In this document: positions 57,885 through 64,000 of the stretch, piece by piece | Layout: every line of letters starts with the position of its first letter | Numbering within the stretch: position 1 is the stretch's first letter | Origin: Patescibacteria group bacterium | GTDB lineage: Bacteria; Patescibacteriota; Patescibacteriia; UBA2591; UBA6264 | Direction of reading: 5' to 3' | NCBI GenBank assembly: GCA_016784145.1 | Contig: JADHVF010000001.1 | Span: forward strand, 159,339 to 223,338 | DNA: 64,000 nucleotides | Notes under the pieces: generated by a model | Database searches by the model: none | The model's input: the letters and a program-made list of their open reading frames with translations, nothing else | What the model was told of the DNA's origin: nothing | Position numbers and translations under genes: made by a program

Positions 57885-58180
57885 CTTAGACAAGCGAGCG
57901 ATTGCGTTCAACTATTTTGTTGAATGAGGAAAGTCCGAACACTCCCCTTTTTAATTAAAACTTTGTTTTAAAATAAAAGGGAGCAAGGTAGCGGGTAATA
58001 CCCGTCGTCAGTCATATTTTTATGGCTAGATAGAGGTGCGAACAGTGACGACTTAAATTCGAAAGAATTTAGTTGCCCTATATTTTAGGGTAAATCTCGA
58101 TAGAAATATTGAGAATGAAACGGCTAAATCTTTACCCGGGTGAAAGACCAAAAAAAATCTGTTATATTAATAACTGATTA
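57885..58180 (+). ncRNA. rnpB: RNase P RNA (bacterial, reduced)
   Basis: P4 5' strand GAGGAAAGUCCGAAC and P4 3' strand AGAAUGAAACGGCUAAAU read directly, with a P3-like hairpin gttcaac...gttgaa between them. Boundaries are approximate. Confidence 0.6.
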
Positions 58181-58269
58181 GGTGGGTCGCTAGAACTAAA
58201 TTGCAAAATTTAGTCAAGATAAATAATCGCTGCTCATTTATTGAGTACAGAATTCGGCTTATAGCTTGT

Positions 58270-58668
58270 TTAGGTCCTTTTCATTGCTTGGTTGGCCATT
58301 TTGTCGGCCTGATAATTTTTTTCTCTAGGAATATGATAAAAATTAATTTTATCAAAAACCTGACACAAGTTCCAAACTTTTATAAATAAAAATCCTAATT
58401 CAGGATTTTTTATTTTATATTTTCCATTAATATGATTAACAACTAACTGGCTATCTAAATAACAATCCACTTGTGTTGCTTTCATTTTTCTAACTTGGTT
58501 AAGCCCAATTATAAGAGCTTCATATTCTGCCTGATTATTTGTTTTAACACCTAAAAACTTTGCTATTTCTTTTATAACTTGTTTTTTGTCATTATAAATA
58601 ACAACTCCTGCTCCTGCTCGCCCTGGATTTCCTTTTGAACATCCGTCTGTGTAAATTATTAATTTCAT
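58270..58668 (-). CDS. rnhA: ribonuclease HI
   Basis: IYTDGCSKGNPG start and conserved DEDD residues (EYEALI, ADKMAN). Confidence 0.85.
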   Translation of the reverse strand: MKLIIYTDGCSKGNPGRAGAGVVIYNDKKQVIKEIAKFLGVKTNNQAEYEALIIGLNQVRKMKATQVDCYLDSQLVVNHINGKYKIKNPELGFLFIKVWNLCQVFDKINFYHIPREKNYQADKMANQAMKRT

Positions 58669-60350
58669 AATTTTGCTATATCTATAATTTTAATTTGTAA
58701 TTCTTTTTGTCCATTCCACTCATTAACACCAATTTGAACAATTATATCTACTTTATCACCTTGTTTAATTTTGTCCATTTTATCAGTGCCATTAAAATGA
58801 ATCATCTTTCTGTCCTGAATAACAATTTGATAATGATTATTATTTTTTCCAACGACTCTAATGGTTTCTATTTGTACCTTGGTTATTAAAAAAACAGGTT
58901 CTTTGTTTGCCTTGCCAAATGGCTCAAGAGATAAAATCCCATCATAAAGCTCCCAATCAATGTCCTCTATCTGAATTTTAGCATCAATTGTTTTGTGTTT
59001 TATTTTTTTATCTTTAAATTGTTTTTTAAATAACTTTATTGCTTGTTTTTTAAAATCAGGAAATAAATCAGGATTTTTCAAATTAAACCCAACCGCTGAA
59101 TAATGTCCACCAAAATCTGAAAAATATTTTTTTAATTTACTAAAAAAATTAAATAAATCAAAATCACCACTTGTTCTAGCAGATCCTTTAATTTTGTCAT
59201 TTGCCTTACTTAAAATAATAACCGGCTTTCTGTATTTATCAATCAATCTATTTGAGATAATCCCCAACAAGGCAAACGGCCAATCATTGCCTAAGATTAT
59301 CACTATTTCTTCAAAATCAACTGCTTTATGCTTAATAGAAATTTCTTTTAAAATCTCTCCTACTTTTTTCTGGCGCTGATAAACAATTTTTTCAATTTCA
59401 TTTGAAATACTACTTGCCATGGCAAAATTATCTGTCAAAAGTAAATCCATGGCAATTTTAGCACTATTCATTCTTCCACAAGCATTAATTTTAGGGGCAA
59501 TTCTAAAACTAATGTCCCTTGATTTAAGCTCATCCTTGATTAATAATCTATTTATCAATGCTTTAATGCCAAAATTAGACGTTTTATTAAGCACTATCAG
59601 TCCATATTTAACAATTGCTCTATTTTCTCCTATTAAAGGCATGCAATCAGAAATTGTACCAATGGCGACCAAATCTAACAACCACTTTTCAAACCCTTCT
59701 TTGTTTTTAAAATCACACCGACTATCTTTAATTAATGCTTGAGCCACCTTAAAACAAACTCCCACTCCGGCTAACACTTTATTCGGATAATTTTCTGACG
59801 ATAATTGCGGATTTATTATAGCCAATGCATCTGGCAATTTTTTTGGCTCTCTATGATGGTCTGTAATAATAACATCAATTTTATGCTTATTTAATTTTTT
59901 AACTTCTTCCACATCTGAAATTCCGCAGTCAGTTGTAATTATTAAATCTGCTTTGGCTAACAAAATATCATCAACAATACTATTAGTAATGCCATGCCCG
60001 TCTTCTTTTCCTGAGATATAAATATCTAAATTTTTTACTCCTATTTTTTTTAAAATAGCATAAAGCACTACCCCAGATGTAATCCCATCTGTGTCTGAAT
60101 CTGAAACAATAACAATTTTTTCATCTTTTTTTATAGATAAAAAAATACGACCAACTACCTTTTTCATTTGTTTAAAAATAAAAGGATCATGAAGATCGCG
60201 ATAATAATCTGGAACTAAAAAATCATTAATTTCTTTATTGGTTTTTAGCCCTCTATTATAAAGTAATTGTAAAATTATATGATGAGCATAATCTGATTTT
60301 TTTTTAAAACTAGCTGGCATTTGTTTAGCAACTGTCCATTCTTTATTCAT
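58665..60350 (-). CDS. recJ: single-stranded-DNA-specific exonuclease RecJ
   Basis: DHH motifs (VSDSDTDGITS, ITDHH) and DHHA1 domain. Confidence 0.85.
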   Translation of the reverse strand: MNKEWTVAKQMPASFKKKSDYAHHIILQLLYNRGLKTNKEINDFLVPDYYRDLHDPFIFKQMKKVVGRIFLSIKKDEKIVIVSDSDTDGITSGVVLYAILKKIGVKNLDIYISGKEDGHGITNSIVDDILLAKADLIITTDCGISDVEEVKKLNKHKIDVIITDHHREPKKLPDALAIINPQLSSENYPNKVLAGVGVCFKVAQALIKDSRCDFKNKEGFEKWLLDLVAIGTISDCMPLIGENRAIVKYGLIVLNKTSNFGIKALINRLLIKDELKSRDISFRIAPKINACGRMNSAKIAMDLLLTDNFAMASSISNEIEKIVYQRQKKVGEILKEISIKHKAVDFEEIVIILGNDWPFALLGIISNRLIDKYRKPVIILSKANDKIKGSARTSGDFDLFNFFSKLKKYFSDFGGHYSAVGFNLKNPDLFPDFKKQAIKLFKKQFKDKKIKHKTIDAKIQIEDIDWELYDGILSLEPFGKANKEPVFLITKVQIETIRVVGKNNNHYQIVIQDRKMIHFNGTDKMDKIKQGDKVDIIVQIGVNEWNGQKELQIKIIDIAKL

Positions 60351-60351
60351 T

Positions 60352-61671
60352 TTAACCTCTATTTAACTTTATTTTTTTAAAACCCGTATACTTTCTTAAA
60401 ACTTTTGGCACAACAACGCTTTTGTCCTTTTGCTGATAATTTTCTAAAATAGCAATCAAAATTCTCCCAATAGCAAAACCTGTTCCATTCAAAGTGTGAA
60501 TAAACTTGACTTGATTGTTTTTGTCTTTACATCTAATATTTAATCTTCTTGCTTGCCAGTCTGTACAATTAGAAGTTGAATGGGTTTCCCTATATTTATT
60601 TTGAGAGGGCAACCAACATTCAATATCATATTTAGCAGCAGCTGGGTCCCCTAAATCGCCAGTACACATTGCTATTACCTGATATGGAATACCTAATTGC
60701 CTGACCATTTCTTTCTCAATTGCTAATAAAAATTTATGTTCGTCTACTGATTTATCTGGACTACAAAAACTAAACATTTCTATTTTATTAAATTGATGAA
60801 CTCTAAATATTCCTCTAACCATTTTTCCATAAGAACCCGCTTCTCTTCTAAAGCAAGTAGAAAAAGCAACATACCTAATGGGCAAAGAATCAAAATCAAA
60901 AACCTCGTCCATGTGCATTGGTCCAATTGATTGTTCTGCTGTCCCAACTAAATAAAGGTTGTCTCTGATGGTCTGGTAAATTTCTTCTGATCCTCTTTCT
61001 AAATAACCCATTGCTTGCATTGCCTGTTTTTTTACCATAATTGGCGGAATAACTAGCTGAAATAAAGAATCTTTAATATTTAAATTTTGCCTGGTTATTA
61101 TATTTTTAATATTTTTTTTATTAGATAACCAGTCAAACACAAACCTAATTAAAGCATTTTCAAGTATTACTGCTTGATTTTTAAGATAGGCAAATCTAGA
61201 GCCAGCCACTTTAGCTGACCGTTCAATATCAATTAAATCCAAATGCTTGCCTATTTCTAAATGGTCTCTTGCTTTAAAATTAAAATCTTTAATATCTCCC
61301 CATGTCTCTAATATCTCGTTATCTGATTCATCTTTACCAACTTTCACATCAGTTAGAGAAGGATTTGGAATCTGCAACATTAACTTATTAAACCCTTGCT
61401 CAATATTCTTTAGCTTAACTTTTAATTCATTGAATTCAATAACCTTTGCCCGTGCTTGCTTTATTAAGCCCTCTTTCTCCTCTTTACTTGCTTTAGCTAC
61501 ATTTTTTGAAAGTTGGTTTTGAACTGCCTTTATTTTTTCTGTCTGTTGAATTAATTTGACCCTCTGCTTATCTATTTCTAAAAGCTTATCAATATCAACT
61601 TTAACCTGTTTTGCTAAACAGGCTTTTTTAATTTTGGTTGGATTTTTACGAATTAATTTTATGTCTAACAT
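60352..61671 (-). CDS. serS: serine--tRNA ligase
   Basis: N-terminal coiled-coil arm. Class II motif 2 FRREAGSYG and motif 3. Confidence 0.9.
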   Translation of the reverse strand: MLDIKLIRKNPTKIKKACLAKQVKVDIDKLLEIDKQRVKLIQQTEKIKAVQNQLSKNVAKASKEEKEGLIKQARAKVIEFNELKVKLKNIEQGFNKLMLQIPNPSLTDVKVGKDESDNEILETWGDIKDFNFKARDHLEIGKHLDLIDIERSAKVAGSRFAYLKNQAVILENALIRFVFDWLSNKKNIKNIITRQNLNIKDSLFQLVIPPIMVKKQAMQAMGYLERGSEEIYQTIRDNLYLVGTAEQSIGPMHMDEVFDFDSLPIRYVAFSTCFRREAGSYGKMVRGIFRVHQFNKIEMFSFCSPDKSVDEHKFLLAIEKEMVRQLGIPYQVIAMCTGDLGDPAAAKYDIECWLPSQNKYRETHSTSNCTDWQARRLNIRCKDKNNQVKFIHTLNGTGFAIGRILIAILENYQQKDKSVVVPKVLRKYTGFKKIKLNRG

Positions 61672-61683
61672 ATATAAAATTAA

Positions 61684-63153
61684 TTATTTATTTTTTTTCC
61701 GCATGGTTGGAAATAAAATAACTTCTTTTATGTTTTTAGTATCTGTCAAAAGACATGTTAATCTATCAATCCCCATTCCTAAGCCAGCTGTTGGTGGCAT
61801 GCCATGCTTTAATGCTAAAATAAAATCATTATCCGTCTGTTGAGCTTCCTTATCTCCTTTATCTCTTAATTGTTGCTGATATTTAAATCTTTGTTCTTGG
61901 TCAGCTGGGTCATTTAACTCTGAAAAAGCATTACATAATTCCATTTTGCCAACAACTAATTGAAACCTCTCAACATAATTATCACTATATTTTGTCTTCT
62001 TTGCTAAAGGAGAAAGTTCTATTGGGTGGTCAATTAAAAAACATGGGTTAATAATCATTGGTCTTATTTTTTCTTTATAAATTTCATCTATTAGTTTGTC
62101 TTTTCCCCATGTTTTATCTACTTTAATACCTATTCTAACGGCTTGCTTGGTAAGGGCTGATAAACTTTTATGCTTGTCTAGGTCTATGCCAGCCCATTTT
62201 ATAAAAGCCTTGTTAAATTTTATTTTCTTATATGGTGGTTTAAAATTAATTTGTTTACCTTGATATTTGATTTTTAAATCTTTGTTTGATGTAAATAATT
62301 TTTTAAAAATAAATTCAAAAAACTCCTCTACTAACTTCATTAAATCATTGTAATTTGCATATGCCCAATAAAACTCTATTTGAGTAAATTCTGGATTATG
62401 AGACCAGTCAATTCCTTCATTTCTAAAACATTTTGATATTTCATACACTTTTTCAAATCCACCTATAATCAATCTCTTTAAATAAAGCTCTGGAGCAACA
62501 CGCAAATACATATCCATGTCCAAAGAATTATGATGGGTAACAAAAGGAGTCGCAGTTGCTCCCCCAGCCATTGACTGTAAAATTGGTGTTTCAACTTCTA
62601 AAAAATCTTTTTTATTAAAAAAATTTCTTATTAATTCAACTAATTTACTCCTAAAAATAAAAATATCCATGACCTGGTCATTTGCCAGCAAATCAAGATA
62701 TCTTTTGCGAAATCTTTCTTCAATGTCTGATAATCCGTGCCATTTTTCCGGCAAGGGCAAGAAAGTTTTTGTTAATAATTTCCACGAATAGACTTTAAGT
62801 GTTTTGGCTCCTGTTTTTGTTTTAAAAAGGCTTCCTTTTACTTCTATAAAATCACCAACATCAATTAGTTTTAAAAAATTTTTATATTTTTCTTTTCCTA
62901 AAACATCTTGTTGAAAACATATTTGGAACTTACCTGAATCGTCCTTAATTTGAGCAAAACAAATCTTCCCGTGTGAACGAATCAATATCAAGCGCCCAGC
63001 TAAAACAATCGACTTCTCCTTTAATAATCCATTAAACTTTTTAAAAACTTCCTTGTTTTTATGAGTTCTACTAGATTTTGAAGGAAAAGGGTCAATTCCT
63101 TTAACTTGTAGTTTAATAAATTTTTGTATTCTATCTTTTTCTTCTTGAATCAT
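61684..63153 (-). CDS. lysS: lysine--tRNA ligase (class II)
   Basis: OB-fold N-domain and catalytic-core motifs (FRNEGID, GKMELCNAFSELNDP). Confidence 0.9.
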   Translation of the reverse strand: MIQEEKDRIQKFIKLQVKGIDPFPSKSSRTHKNKEVFKKFNGLLKEKSIVLAGRLILIRSHGKICFAQIKDDSGKFQICFQQDVLGKEKYKNFLKLIDVGDFIEVKGSLFKTKTGAKTLKVYSWKLLTKTFLPLPEKWHGLSDIEERFRKRYLDLLANDQVMDIFIFRSKLVELIRNFFNKKDFLEVETPILQSMAGGATATPFVTHHNSLDMDMYLRVAPELYLKRLIIGGFEKVYEISKCFRNEGIDWSHNPEFTQIEFYWAYANYNDLMKLVEEFFEFIFKKLFTSNKDLKIKYQGKQINFKPPYKKIKFNKAFIKWAGIDLDKHKSLSALTKQAVRIGIKVDKTWGKDKLIDEIYKEKIRPMIINPCFLIDHPIELSPLAKKTKYSDNYVERFQLVVGKMELCNAFSELNDPADQEQRFKYQQQLRDKGDKEAQQTDNDFILALKHGMPPTAGLGMGIDRLTCLLTDTKNIKEVILFPTMRKKNK

Positions 63154-63231
63154 ATATTTATTTTAACAATTCACAAAAATAAAACAAGAACTAATATATA
63201 TTCTTGTTGCATTTAAATTAAATAATTATAT

Positions 63232-63693
63232 TTATTCAATTTTAATAATTTCAAAAACAACGTCTTGCTTAGGTGTTTTAACTATTATTTTTTCCTTTAT
63301 TTTTTTTCCTATTACAGCTTCTCCAATTGGTGAATGAATCGTAATTTTTCCATTAGATGGGTCACTTTCTTCTGCCCCCACAATAACATAAGTTTTCATA
63401 GAATCTTTATTCGCAATATTTCTTATAACTATACTTGAACCAATTTCAACAACTAAACTGTCCTTTTGCTTGTCTACAACTTCAGCATTCCTGATAAGCT
63501 CTTCCAATCTAATAATCTCTGATTCAACCAATGCTTGCTCGTTTTTAGCTGTATCGTATTCTCCATTTTCTTTAAGGTCTCCCTGTTCTATGGCATCACT
63601 AATACGCGCAGAAATCCCCTTGCGCCTTGATTTAAGGATTTCTACATCTTGTTCAATTTTTTCTTTGCCATTTGGCGTTAAATATTCTTTCAT
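63232..63693 (-). CDS. greA: transcription elongation factor GreA
   Basis: Coiled-coil N-domain (DLKENGEYD) and FKBP-like C-domain. Start placed at MKEYLTP. Confidence 0.85.
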   Translation of the reverse strand: MKEYLTPNGKEKIEQDVEILKSRRKGISARISDAIEQGDLKENGEYDTAKNEQALVESEIIRLEELIRNAEVVDKQKDSLVVEIGSSIVIRNIANKDSMKTYVIVGAEESDPSNGKITIHSPIGEAVIGKKIKEKIIVKTPKQDVVFEIIKIE

Positions 63694-63808
63694 AATTAAA
63701 AAAACCAAAAAATGCTCTACTAAGAACATAATTTGAAAATATATTTTATTTACATTATTATTATAACAAAAAATTACCAAAAAATCAACCCCCCCTGTGG
63801 AAATCTTT

Positions 63809-64000
63809 TTATTTTATTAAAAAATAAAACAATTCTATTAAAGCTCCGCCTGCTAAAAGAAAAGCCAAAACATATGTAGATATGCCTGCCTTTCTTTGAA
63901 ACCTTTTTTTTAAAAAACTACGATAAATAAACAAAACAATTATCCCTTCTGTGCCCAGAAATACTGCACCGGTTACTCCAATTACATCAATAAAATTACG
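63809..64000 (-). CDS. C-terminal fragment of a membrane protein (gene continues beyond the window)
   Basis: Open frame running to the window edge, ending ...LAGGALIELFYFLIK-TAA at 63809. Confidence 0.3.
   Translation of the reverse strand, partial: RNFIDVIGVTGAVFLGTEGIIVLFIYRSFLKKRFQRKAGISTYVLAFLLAGGALIELFYFLIK

Noticed and set aside
58201-58389. Plus-strand 62-aa ORF between the RNase P RNA and rnhA
   Set aside because: It overlaps the rnhA coding region in antisense and has no RBS.

Overview
This 64-kb window is very AT-rich (~28-30% GC by eye), uses the standard genetic code, and is packed with short housekeeping genes separated by intrinsic terminators. Several gene-content features suggest a reduced-genome Patescibacteria/CPR-like bacterium (inference): an archaeal-type UMP kinase, a short EF-Ts, a ThrRS lacking the N-terminal TGS region, DUF5671/DUF4870/DUF3048 proteins, and lysine-rich N-terminal extensions on RpoD and L7/L12. 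The core content is broad housekeeping: alr and adk; a dnaG-rpoD operon followed by tRNA-Asn; uppP, ppsA and rnj; a ribosomal and translation cluster (rplL, rplJ, tsf, rpsB, rpmE, prfA, rplY) with aminoacyl-tRNA synthetase genes argS, thrS, serS and lysS interspersed and gap embedded among them; dnaE, a SEDS-family FtsW/RodA gene, miaB and miaA, gatB, a WbaP-like sugar transferase, RNase P RNA, rnhA, recJ and greA. The accessory or unusual content is concentrated in a few places. (1) A Fic (AMPylator) gene sits between two 49-bp perfect direct repeats, each followed by its own terminator hairpin, close to tRNA-Ser and two orphan small-protein genes. (2) A 26-unit heptanucleotide minisatellite (TTGATTA, CTAATTA, CTGATTA) upstream of rnj is framed by copies of a GC-rich 21-nt palindrome that recurs at four loci. 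(3) A conserved roughly 100-nt element with a covarying hairpin follows two unrelated large secreted or membrane protein genes. (4) A 172-aa protein is built of 21 perfect hexapeptide (left-handed beta-helix) repeats with a cysteine ladder, and is transcribed from a divergent promoter pair whose -35 boxes form a perfect palindrome. (5) A gene of visibly higher GC encodes a zinc-ribbon protein. (6) Two small ORFs share an identical 28-bp promoter module. (7) A 40-aa mini-ORF plus hairpin lies in the leader of an MFS transporter gene. No CRISPR array, cas genes, integrase or transposase are visible.
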